DNA of 64,000 nucleotides, from assembly GCA_964057225.1 (NCBI GenBank), contig OZ059900.1, positions 14,818,001 to 14,882,000 on the forward strand, given 5' to 3'. The position numbers were made by a program, and so were the translations under genes. The stretch is from Auanema rhodensis. Its lineage: Eukaryota; Animalia; Nematoda. The notes beneath the pieces were generated by a model. That model did not search any database and had not been told where the DNA came from. It saw nothing but the letters and a program-made list of their open reading frames with translations. How positions within the stretch are numbered: position 1 is the stretch's first letter; each line of letters begins with the position of its first letter. Shown here piece after piece: positions 27,801 to 41,123 of this stretch.

Positions 27801-29638
27801 AATAATTATCTTTTTTATCCGACTTTTGGAAAAAAACAAAAATAGCATAACATTCAATAACGATGAACCAGAACAAAAACATTCTCCCCGGCCGGGAATT
27901 GAACCCGGGTCTCGCATGTGACAGACGCGGATACTCACCACTATACTACCGAGGATTGAATTTGCACTTAGAAACTTTCATTAAGAGTGTGAGTTTGAAT
28001 TAAAGTAGAAAAATAAAACACTGTCTCTAACATATCTTGTTTTATGGCCTACTTTACTCAAAGAGCTAATTGAAGTTTGGTGTTACAATTAACGATTGAT
28101 AAACGCTGACGTATCAATTTTTTTCATCGTAATTAAGATAGAACACTTAAATTAAATAGAAATGTTCGAAAATTTAAAAAAAAATCACAAGCTCAAACCA
28201 CTTTTGAAAAAGCAGAAAGTTTAAAACAATCTTTTTTCTAATAATTATCGTCTTTATCCGACTTTTTGAAGAAAACAAAAATAGCATAACATTCAATAAC
28301 GATGAATCAGAACAAAAACATTCTCCTTGGCCGGGAATTGAACCCGGGTCTCGCATGTGACAGACGCGGATACTTACCACTATACTACCGAGGATTGAAT
28401 TTGCACTTAGAAACTTTCATTAAGAGTGTGAGTTTGAATTAAAGTAGAAAAATGAAACACTGTCTCTAACATATCTTGATTTATGGCCTACTTTACTCAA
28501 AGAGCTAATTGAAGTTTGGTGTTACAATTAACGATTGATAAACGCTGACGTATCAATTTTTTTCATCGTAATTAAGATAGAACACTTAAACCAAATAGAA
28601 ATGTTTGAAAATTTAAAAAAAAATCACAAGCTCAAATCACTTTTGAAAAAGCAGAAAGTTTAAAACAATCTTTTTTCTAATAATTATCTTTTTCATCCGA
28701 CTTTTGGAAAAAAACAAAAATAGCATAACATTAAATAACGATGAATCAGAACAAAAACATTCTCCCCGTCCGGGAATTGAACCCGGGTCTCGCATGTGAC
28801 AGACGCGGATTCTCACCACTATACTACCGTGGATTGAATTCGCACTTAGAAACTTTCATTAAGAGTGTGAGTTTGAATTAAAGTAGAAAAATGAAACACT
28901 GTCTCTAACATATCTTGATTTATGGCCTACTTTACTCAAAGAGCTAATTGAAGTTTGGTGTTAGAATGAACAATTGATTAACGCTGACGTTTCAATTTTT
29001 TTCATCGTAATTGAGATAGAACATTTAGAATAAAAGGAAATGTTTAACAATTTAGAAAAAAAACACAAGCTCAAATCACTTTTGAAAAAACAGAAAGTTT
29101 AAAACAACCCTTTTTCTAATAATTATCTTTTTCATCCGACTTTTGGAAAAAAACAAAAATAGCATAACATTAAATAACGATGAATCAGAACAAAAACATT
29201 CTCCCCGTCCGGGAATTGAACCCGGGTCTCGCATGTGACAGACGCGGATTCTCACCACTATACTACCGTGGATTGAATTCGCACTTAGAAACTTTCATTA
29301 AGAGTGTGAGTTTGAATTATAGTAGAAAAATGAAACACTGTCTCTAACATATCTTGATTTATGGCCTACTTTACTCAAAGAGCTAATTGGATTTGGTGTT
29401 AGAATGAACAATTGATTAACGCTGACGTTTTAATTTTTTTCATCGTAATTAAGATAGAACACTTAAATAAAATAGAAATGTTTGAAAATTTAAAAAAAAA
29501 TCACAAGCTCAAACCACTTTTGAAAAAGCAGAAAATTTAAAACAATCTTTTTTCTAATAATTATCGTCTTCATCCGACTTTTTGAAGAAAACAAAAATAG
29601 CATAACATTCAATAACGATGAATCAGAACAAAAACATT

Positions 29639-29710
29639 CTCCCCGTCCGGGAATTGAACAAGGGTCTCGCATGTGACAGACGCGGATTCTCACCACTATA
29701 CTACCGTGGA
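29639..29710 (-). pseudogene. Degenerate tRNA-Asp (triple allele plus G51T, G52T)
   Basis: Plus strand gaacaaggg; duplicate of 21735..21806. Confidence 0.75.
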
Positions 29711-30954
29711 TTGAATTCGCACTTAGAAACTTTCATTAAGAGTGTGAGTTTGAATTATAGTAGAAAAATGAAACACTGTCTCTAACATATCTTGATTTAT
29801 GGCCTACTTTACTCAAAGAGCTAATTGAAGTTTGGTGTTACAATTAACGATTGATAAACGCTGACGTATCAATTTTTTTCATCGTAATTAAGATAGAACA
29901 CTTAAATTAAATAGAAATGTTTGAAAATTTAAAAAAAAATCACAAGCTCAAACCACTTTTGAAAAAGCAGAAAGTTTAAAACAATCTTTTTTCTAATAAT
30001 TATCGTCTTTATCCGACTTTTTGAAGAAAACAAAAATAGCATAACATTCAATAACGATGAATCAGAACAAAAACATTCTCCCCGTCCGGGAATTGAACCC
30101 GGGTCTCGCATGTGACAGACGCGGATTCTCACCACTATACTACCGTGGATTGAATTCGCACTTAGAAACTTTCATTAAGAGTGTGAGTTTGAATTAAAGT
30201 AGAAAAATGAAACACTGTCTCTAACATATCTTGATTTATGGCCTACTTTACTCAAAGAGCTAATTGAAGTTTGGTGTTAGAATGAACAATTGATTAACGC
30301 TGACGTTTCAATTTTTTTCATCGTAATTGAGATAGAACATTTAGAATAAATGGAAATGTTTAACAATTTAGAAAAAAAACACAAGCTCAAATCACTTTTG
30401 AAAAAACAGAAAGTTTAAAACAACCCTTTTTCTAATAATTATCTTTTTCATCCGACTTTTGGAAAAAAACAAAAATAGCATAACATTAAATAACGATGAA
30501 TCAGAACAAAAACATTCTCCCCGTCCGGGAATTGAACCCGGGTCTCGCATGTGACAGACGCGGATTCTCACCACTATACTACCGTGGATTGAATTCGCAC
30601 TTAGAAACTTTCATTAAGAGTGTGAGTTTGAATTATAGTAGAAAAATGAAACACTGTCTCTAACATATCTTGATTTATGGCCTACTTTACTCAAAGAGCT
30701 AATTGGATTTGGTGTTAGAATGAACAATTGATTAACGCTGACGTTTTAATTTTTTTCATCGTAATTAAGATAGAACACTTAAATAAAATAGAAATGTTTG
30801 AAAATTTAAAAAAAAATCACAAGCTCAAACCACTTTTGAAAAAGCAGAAAATTTAAAACAATCTTTTTTCTAATAATTATCGTCTTCATCCGACTTTTTG
30901 AAGAAAACAAAAATAGCATAACATTCAATAACGATGAATCCGAACAAAAACATT

Positions 30955-31026
30955 CTCCCCAGCCGGGAATTGAACCCGGGTCTCGCATGTGACAGACGCG
31001 GATACTCACCACTATACTACCGAGGA
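30955..31026 (-). tRNA. trnD-GTC: tRNA-Asp(GTC) with C67T (G6:U67 wobble)
   Basis: Plus strand ctccccagccggg, otherwise consensus. Confidence 0.8.
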
Positions 31027-34000
31027 TTGAATTTGCACTTAGAAACTTTCATTAAGAGTGTGAGTTTGAATTAAAGTAGAAAAATGAAACACTTTCTCTA
31101 ACATATCTTGATTTATGGCCTACTTTACTCAAAGAGCTAATTGAAGTTTGGTGTTAAAATGAACAATTGATTAACGCTGACGTTCCGTTTTTTTTTCATA
31201 GTAATTGAGATAGAACATTTAAATTAAATGGAAATGTTTAAAAATTTAGAAAAAAAACACAAGCTAAAATCACTTTTGAAAAAACAGAAAGTTTAAAACA
31301 ACCTTTTTTCTAATAATTATCTTTTTTATCCGACTTTTGGAAAAAAACAAAAATAGCATAACATTCAATAACGATGAATCAGAACAAAAACATTCTCCCC
31401 GGCCGGGAATTGAACCCGGGTCTCGCATGTGACAGACGCGGATACTCACCACTATACTACCGAGGATTGAATTTGCACTTAGAAACTTTCATTAAGAGTG
31501 TGAGTTTGAATTAAAGTAGAAAAATGAAACACTTTCTCTAACATATCTTGATTTATGGCCTACTTTACTCAAAGAGCTAATTGAAGTTTGGTGTTAAAAT
31601 GAACAATTGATTAACGCTGACGTTCCGTTTTTTTTTCATAGTAATTGAGATAGAACATTTAAATTAAATGGAAATGTTTAAAAATTTAGAAAAAAAACAC
31701 AAGCTAAAATCACTTTTGAAAAAACAGAAAGTTTAAAACAACCTTTTTTCTAATAATTATCTTTTTTATCCGACTTTTGGAAAAAAACAAAAATAGCATA
31801 ACATTCAATAACGATGAACCAGAACAAAAACATTCTCCCCGGCCGGGAATTGAACCCGGGTCTCGCATGTGACAGACGCGGATACTCACCACTATACTAC
31901 CGAGGATTGAATTTGCACTTAGAAACTTTCATTAAGAGTGTGAGTTTGAATTAAAGTAGAAAAATAAAACACTGTCTCTAACATATCTTGTTTTATGGCC
32001 TACTTTACTCAAAGAGCTAATTGAAGTTTGGTGTTACAATTAACGATTGATAAACGCTGACGTATCAATTTTTTTCATCGTAATTAAGATAGAACACTTA
32101 AATTAAATAGAAATGTTCGAAAATTTAAAAAAAAATCACAAGCTCAAACCACTTTTGAAAAAGCAGAAAGTTTAAAACAATCTTTTTTCTAATAATTATC
32201 GTCTTTATCCGACTTTTTGAAGAAAACAAAAATAGCATAACATTCAATAACGATGAATCAGAACAAAAACATTCTCCTTGGCCGGGAATTGAACCCGGGT
32301 CTCGCATGTGACAGACGCGGATACTTACCACTATACTACCGAGGATTGAATTTGCACTTAGAAACTTTCATTAAGAGTGTGAGTTTGAATTAAAGTAGAA
32401 AAATGAAACACTGTCTCTAACATATCTTGATTTATGGCCTACTTTACTCAAAGAGCTAATTGAAGTTTGGTGTTAAAATGAACAATTGATTAACGCTGAC
32501 GTTCCGTTTTTTTTTCATAGTAATTGAGATAGAACATTTAAATTAAATGGAAATGTTTAAAAATTTAGAAAAAAAACACAAGCTAAAATCACTTTTGAAA
32601 AAACAGAAAGTTTAAAACAACCTTTTTTCTAATAATTATCTTTTTTATCCGACTTTTGGAAAAAAACAAAAATAGCATAACATTCAATAACGATGAACCA
32701 GAACAAAAACATTCTCCCCGGCCGGGAATTGAACCCGGGTCTCGCATGTGACAGACGCGGATACTCACCACTATACTACCGAGGATTGAATTTGCACTTA
32801 GAAACTTTCATTAAGAGTGTGAGTTTGAATTAAAGTAGAAAAATAAAACACTGTCTCTAACATATCTTGTTTTATGGCCTACTTTACTCAAAGAGCTAAT
32901 TGAAGTTTGGTGTTACAATTAACGATTGATAAACGCTGACGTATCAATTTTTTTCATCGTAATTAAGATAGAACACTTAAATTAAATAGAAATGTTCGAA
33001 AATTTAAAAAAAAATCACAAGCTCAAACCACTTTTGAAAAAGCAGAAAGTTTAAAACAATCTTTTTTCTAATAATTATCGTCTTTATCCGACTTTTTGAA
33101 GAAAACAAAAATAGCATAACATTCAATAACGATGAATCAGAACAAAAACATTCTCCTTGGCCGGGAATTGAACCCGGGTCTCGCATGTGACAGACGCGGA
33201 TACTTACCACTATACTACCGAGGATTGAATTTGCACTTAGAAACTTTCATTAAGAGTGTGAGTTTGAATTAAAGTAGAAAAATGAAACACTGTCTCTAAC
33301 ATATCTTGATTTATGGCCTACTTTACTCAAAGAGCTAATTGAAGTTTGGTGTTACAATTAACGATTGATAAACGCTGACGTATCAATTTTTTTCATCGTA
33401 ATTAAGATAGAACACTTAAACCAAATAGAAATGTTTGAAAATTTAAAAAAAAATCACAAGCTCAAATCACTTTTGAAAAAGCAGAAAGTTTAAAACAATC
33501 TTTTTTCTAATAATTATCGTTTTTATCCGACTTTTTGAAGAAAACAAAAATAGCATAACATTCAATAACGATGAATCAGAACAAAAACATTCTCCCCGGC
33601 CGGGAATTGAACCCGGGTCTCGCATGTGACAGACGCGGATACTCACCACTATACTACCGAGGATTGAATTTGCACTTAGAAACTTTCATTAAGAGTGTGA
33701 GTTTGAATTAAAGTAGAAAAATGAAACACTGTCTCTAACATATCTTGATTTATGGCCTACTTTACTCAAAGAGCTAATTGAAGTTTGGTGTTACAATTAA
33801 CGATTGATTTACGCTGACGTTTCAATTTTTTTCATCGTAATTAAGATAGAACACTTAAATAAAATAGAAATGTTTGAAAATTTAAAAAAAAATCACAAGC
33901 TCAAACCACTTTTGAAAAAGCAGAAAGTTTAAAACAATCTTTTTTCTAATAATTATCGTCTTTATCCGACTTTTTGAAGAAAACAAAAATAGCATAACAT

Positions 34001-36664
34001 TCAATAACGATGAATCAGAACAAAAACATTCTCCTTGGCCGGGAATTGAACCAGGGTCTCGCATGTGACAGACGCGGATACTCACCACTATACTACCGAG
34101 GATTGAATTTGCACTTAGAAACTTTCATTAAGAGTGTGAGTTTGAATTAAAGTAGAAAAATAAAACACTGTCTCTAACATATCTTGTTTTATGGCCTACT
34201 TTACTCAAAGAGCTAATTGAAGTTTGGTGTTACAATTAACGATTGATAAACGCTGACGTATCAATTTTTTTCATCGTAATTAAGATAGAACACTTAAATT
34301 AAATAGAAATGTTCGAAAATTTAAAAAAAAATCACAAGCTCAAACCACTTTTGAAAAAGCAGAAAGTTTAAAACAATCTTTTTTCTAATAATTATCGTCT
34401 TTATCCGACTTTTTGAAGAAAACAAAAATAGCATAACATTCAATAACGATGAATCAGAACAAAAACATTCTCCCTGGCCGGGAATTGAACCCGGGTCTCG
34501 CATGTGACAGACGCGGATACTTACCACTATACTACCGAGGATTGAATTTGCACTTAGAAACTTTCATTAAGAGTGTGAGTTTGAATTAAAGTAGAAAAAT
34601 GAAACACTGTCTCTAACATATCTTGATTTATGGCCTACTTTACTCAAAGAGCTAATTGAAGTTTGGTGTTACAATTAACGATTGATAAACGCTGACGTAT
34701 CAATTTTTTTCATCGTAATTAAGATAGAACACTTAAACCAAATAGAAATGTTTGAAAATTTAAAAAAAAATCACAAGCTCAAATCACTTTTGAAAAAGCA
34801 GAAAGTTTAAAACAATCTTTTTTCTAATAATTATCGTTTTTATCCGACTTTTTGAAGAAAACAAAAATAGCATAACATTCAATAACGATGAATCAGAACA
34901 AAAACATTCTCCCCGGCCGGGAATTGAACCCGGGTCTCGCATGTGACAGACGCGGATACTCACCACTATACTACCGAGGATTGAATTTGCACTTAGAAAC
35001 TTTCATTAAGAGTGTGAGTTTGAATTAAAGTAGAAAAATGAAACACTGTCTCTAACATATCTTGATTTATGGCCTACTTTACTCAAAGAGCTAATTGAAG
35101 TTTGGTGTTACAATTAACGATTGATTTACGCTGACGTTTCAATTTTTTTCATCGTAATTAAGATAGAACACTTAAATAAAATAGAAATGTTTGAAAATTT
35201 AAAAAAAAATCACAAGCTCAAACCACTTTTGAAAAAGCAGAAAGTTTAAAACAATCTTTTTTCTAATAATTATCGTCTTTATCCGACTTTTTGAAGAAAA
35301 CAAAAATAGCATAACATTCAATAACGATGAATCAGAACAAAAACATTCTCCTTGGCCGGGAATTGAACCCGGGTCTCGCATGTGACAGACGCGGATACTT
35401 ACCACTATACTACCGAGGATTGAATTTGCACTTAGAAACTTTCATTAAGAGTGTGAGTTTGAATTAAAGTAGAAAAATGAAACACTGTCTCTAACATATC
35501 TTGATTTATGGCCTACTTTACTCAAAGAGCTAATTGAAGTTTGGTGTTACAATTAACGATTGATAAACGCTGACGTATCAATTTTTTTCATCGTAATTAA
35601 GATAGAACACTTAAACCAAATAGAAATGTTTGAAAATTTAAAAAAAAATCACAAGCTCAAATCACTTTTGAAAAAGCAGAAAGTTTAAAACAATCTTTTT
35701 TCTAATAATTATCGTTTTTATCCGACTTTTTGAAGAAAACAAAAATAGCATAACATTCAATAACGATGAATCAGAACAAAAACATTCTCCCCGGCCGGGA
35801 ATTGAACCCGGGTCTCGCATGTGACAGACGCGGATACTCACCACTATACTACCGAGGATTGAATTTGCACTTAGAAACTTTCATTAAGAGTGTGAGTTTG
35901 AATTAAAGTAGAAAAATGAAACACTGTCTCTAACATATCTTGATTTATGGCCTACTTTACTCAAAGAGCTAATTGAAGTTTGGTGTTACAATTAACGATT
36001 GATTTACGCTGACGTTTCAATTTTTTTCATCGTAATTAAGATAGAACACTTAAATAAAATAGAAATGTTTGAAAATTTAAAAAAAAATCACAAGCTCAAA
36101 CCACTTTTGAAAAAGCAGAAAGTTTAAAACAATCTTTTTTCTAATAATTATCGTCTTTATCCGACTTTTTGAAGAAAACAAAAATAGCATAACATTCAAT
36201 AACGATGAATCAGAACAAAAACATTCTCCCCGGCCGGGAATTGAACCCGGGTCTCGCATGTGACAGACGCGGATACTTACCACTATACTACCGAGGATTG
36301 AATTTGCACTTAGAAACTTTCATTAAGAGTGTGAGTTTGAATTAAAGTAGAAAAATGAAACACTGTCTCTAACATATCTTGATTTATGGCCTACTTTACT
36401 CAAAGAGCTAATTGAAGTTTGGTGTTACAATTAACGATTGATTTACGCTGACGTTTCAATTTTTTTCATCGTAATTAAGATAGAACACTTAAATAAAATA
36501 GAAATGTTTGAAAATTTAAAAAAAAATCACAAGCTCAAACCACTTTTGAAAAAGCAGAAAGTTTAAAACAATCTTTTTTCTAATAATTATCGTCTTTATC
36601 CGACTTTTTGAAGAAAACAAAAATAGCATAACATTCAATAACGATGAATCAGAACAAAAACATT

Positions 36665-36736
36665 CTCCTTGGCCGGGAAATGAACCAGGGTCTCGCATGT
36701 GACAGACGCGGATACTCACCACTATACTACCGAGGA
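36665..36736 (-). pseudogene. Degenerate tRNA-Asp (A58T, G51T, G68A, G69A)
   Basis: Plus strand ctccttggccgggaaatgaaccaggg; invariant A58 is lost. Confidence 0.75.
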
Positions 36737-37542
36737 TTGAATTTGCACTTAGAAACTTTCATTAAGAGTGTGAGTTTGAATTAAAGTAGAAAAATGAAAC
36801 ACTGTCTCTAACATATCTTGATTAATGGCCTACTTTACTCAAAGAGCTAATTGAAGTTTGGTATTACAATTAACGATTGATAAACGCTGACGTATCAATT
36901 TTTTTCATCGTAATTAAGATAGAACACTTAAATTAAATAGAAATGTTTGAAAATTTAAAAAAAAATCACAAGCTCAAATCACTTTTGAAAAAGCAGAAAG
37001 TTTAAAACAATCTTTTTTCTAATAATTATCGTTTTTATCCGACTTTTTGAAGAAAACAAAAATAGCATAACATTCAATAACGATGAATCAGAACAAAAAC
37101 ATTCTCCCCGGCCGGGAATTGAACCCGGGTCTCGCATGTGACAGACGCGGATACTCACCACTATACTACCGAGGATTGAATTTGCACTTAGAAACTTTCA
37201 TTAAGAGTGTGAGTTTGAATTAAAGTAGAAAAATGAAACACTGTCTCTAACATATCTTGATTTATGGCCTACTTTACTCAAAGAGCTAATTGAAGTTTGG
37301 TGTTACAATTAACGATTGATTAACGCTGACGTTTCAATTTTTTTCATCGTAATTAAGATAGAACACTTAAATAAAATAGAAATGTTTGAAAATTTAAAAA
37401 AAAATCACAAGCTCAAACCACTTTTGAAAAAGCAGAAAGTTTAAAACAATCTTTTTTCTAATAATTATCGTCTTTATCCGATTTTTTGAAGAAAACAAAA
37501 ATAGCATAACATTCAATAACGATGAATCCGAACAAAAACATT

Positions 37543-37614
37543 CTCCCCGGCCGGGAATTGAACCCGGGTCTCGCATGTGACAGACGCGGATACTCACCAC
37601 TATACTACCGAGGA
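37543..37614 (-). tRNA. trnD-GTC: tRNA-Asp(GTC), last consensus copy before a 15-copy run of variants
   Basis: Identical to 473..544. Confidence 0.93.
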
Positions 37615-40600
37615 TTGAATTTGCACTTAGAAACTTTCATTAAGAGTGTGAGTTTGAATTAAAGTAGAAAAATGAAACACTGTCTCTAACATATCTTGAT
37701 TTATGGCCTACTTTACTCAAAGAGCTAATTGAAGTTTGGTGTTACAATTAACGATTGATTAACGCTGACGTTTCAATTTTTTTCATCGTAATTAAGATAG
37801 AACACTTAAATAAAATAGAAATGTTTGAAAATTTGAAAAAAAATCACAAGCTCAAACCACTTTTGAAAAAGCAGAAAGTTTAAAACAACCCTTTTTCTAA
37901 TAATTATCTTTTTCATCCGACTTTTGGAAAAAAACAAAAATAGCATAACATTCAATAACGATGAATCAGAACAAAAACATTCTCCCCGGCCGGGAATTTA
38001 ACCCGGGTCTCGCATGTGACAGACACGGATACTCACCACTATACTACCGAGGATTGAATTTGCACTTAGAAACTTTCATTAAGAGTGTGAGTTTGAATTA
38101 AAGTAGAAAAATGAAACACTGTCTCTAACATATCTTGATTTATGGCCTACTTTACTCAAAGAGCTAATTGAAGTTTGGTGTTAGAATGAACAATTGATTA
38201 ACGCTGACGTTTCAATTTTTTTCATCGTAATTGAGATAGAACATTTAAAATAAATGGAAATGTTTAACAATTTAGAAAAAAAACACAAGCTCAAATCACT
38301 TTTGAAAAAACAGAAAGTTTAAAACAACCCTTTTTCTAATAATTATCTTTTTCATCCGACTTTTGGAAAAAAACAAAAATAGCATAACATTAAATAACGA
38401 TGAATCAGAACAAAAACATTCTCCCCGTCCGGGAATTGAACCCGGGTCTCGCATGTGACAGACGCAGATACTCACCACTATCCTACCGAGGATTGAATTT
38501 GCACTTAGAAACTTTCATTAAGAGTGTGAGTTTGAAATATAGTAGAAAAATGAAACACTGTCTCTAACATATATTGATTTATGGCCTACTTTACTCAAAG
38601 AGCTAATTGAAGTTTGGTGTTAAAATGAACAAATGATTAACGCTGACGTTCCATTTTTTTTCATCGCAATTGAGATAGAATACTTAAATTAAATGGAAAT
38701 GTTTAAAATTTAGAAAATATCACAAGCTCAAATTACTTTTGAAAAAACAGAAAGTTTAAAACAACCTTTTTTCTAATGATTATCTTTTTTATCCGACTTT
38801 CGGAAGAAAACAAAAATAGCATAACATTCAATAACGATGAATCAGAACAAAAACATTCTCCCCGGCCGGGAATTTAACCCGGGTCTCGCATGTGACAGAC
38901 GCGGATACTCACCACTATACTACCGAGGATTGAATTTGCACTTAGAAACTTTCATTAAGAGTGTGAGTTTGAATTATAGTAGAAAAATGAAACACTGTTT
39001 CTAACATATCTTGATTTATGGCCTACTTTACTCAAAGAGCTAATTGAAGTTTGGTGTTAGAATGAACAATTGATTAACGCTGACGTTTTAATTTTTTTCA
39101 TCGTAATTGAGATAGAACATTTAAAATAAATGGAAATGTTTAACAATTTAGAAAAAAAACACAAGCTCAAATCACTTTTGAAAAAACAGAAAGTTTAAAA
39201 CAGCCCTTTTTCTAATAATTATCTTTTTCATCCGACTTTTGGAAAAAAACAAAAATAGCATAACATTAAATAACGATGAATCAGAACAAAAAAAATTCTC
39301 CCCGTCCGGGAATTGAACCCGGGTCTCGCATGTGACAGACGCGGATTCTCACCACTATACTACCGAGGATTGAATTCGCACTTAGAAACTTTCATTAAGA
39401 GTGTGAGTTTGAATTATAGTAGAAAAATGAAACACTGTCTCTAACATATCTTGATTTATGGCCTACTTTACTCAAAGAGCTAATTGGATTTGGTGTTAGA
39501 ATGAACAATTGATTAACGCTGACGTTTCAATTTTTTTCATCGTAATTAAGATAGAACACTTAAATAAAATAGAAATGTTTGAAAATTTAAAAAAAAATCA
39601 CAAGCTCAAACCACTTTTGAAAAAATAGAAAGTTTAAAACAACCCTTTTTCTAATAATTATCTTTTTCATCCGACTTTTGGAAAAAAACAAAAATAGCAT
39701 AACATTCAATAACGATGAATCAGAACAAAAACATTCTCCCCGGCCGGGAATTTAACCCGGGTCTCGCATGTGACAGACGCGGATACTCACCACTATACTA
39801 CCGAGGATTGAATTTGCACTTAGAAACTTTCATTAAGAGTGTGAGTTTGAAATATAGTAGAAAAATGAAACACTGTCTCTAACATATCTTGATTTATGGC
39901 CTACTTTACTCAAAGAGCTAATTGAAGTTTGGTGTTAGAATGAACAATTGATTAACGCTGACGTTTCAATTTTTTTCATCGTAATTGAGATAGAACATTT
40001 AAAATAAATGGAAATGTTTAACAATTTAGAAAAAAAACACAAGCTCAAATCACTTTTGAAAAAACAGAAAGTTTAAAACAACCCTTTTTCTAATAATTAT
40101 TTTTTTCATCCGACTTTTGGAAAAAAACAAAAATAGCATAACATTAAATAACGATGAATCAGAACAAAAACATTCTCCCCGTCCGGGAATTGAACCCGGG
40201 TCTCGCATGTGACAGACGCAGATACTCACCACTATCCTACCGAGGATTGAATTTGCACTTAGAAACTTTCATTAAGAGTGTGAGTTTGAAATATAGTAGA
40301 AAAATGAAACACTGTCTCTAACATATATTGATTTATGGCCTACTTTTCTCAAAGAGCTAATTGAAGTTTGGTGTTAAAATGAACAAATGATTAACGCTGA
40401 CGTTCCATTTTTTTTCATCGCAATTGAGATAGAATACTTAAATTAAATGGAAATGTTTAAAATTTAGAAAATATCACAAGCTCAAATTACTTTTGAAAAA
40501 ACAGAAAGTTTAAAACAACCTTTTTTCTAATGATTATCTTTTTTATCCGACTTTCGGAAGAAAACAAAAATAGCATAACATTCAATAACGATGAATCAGA

Positions 40601-41051
40601 ACAAAAACATTCTCCCCGGCCGGGAATTTAACCCGGGTCTCGCATGTGACAGACGCGGATACTCACCACTATACTACCGAGGATTGAATTTGCACTTAGA
40701 AACTTTCATTAAGAGTGTGAGTTTGAATTATAGTAGAAAAATGAAACACTGTTTTTAACATATCTTGATTTATGGCCTACTATACTCAAAGAGCTAATTG
40801 AAGTTTGGTGTTAGAATGAACAATTGATTAACGCTGACGTTTTAATTTTTTTCATCGTAATTGAGATAGAACATTTAAAATAAATGGAAATGTTTAACAA
40901 TTTAGAAAAAAAACACAAGCTCAAATCACTTTTGAAAAAACAGAAAGTTTAAAACAGCCCTTTTTCTAATAATTATCTTTTTCATCCGACTTTTGGAAAA
41001 AAACAAAAATAGCATAACATTAAATAACGATGAATCAGAACAAAAAAATTT

Positions 41052-41123
41052 TTCCCCGTCCGGGAATTTAACCCGGGTCTCGCATGTGACAGACGCGGAT
41101 ACTCACCACTATACTACCGAGGA
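41052..41123 (-). pseudogene. tRNA-Asp pseudogene (G73A discriminator, C66A, C56A)
   Basis: Plus strand aatttttccccgtccgggaatttaac. Confidence 0.8.
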
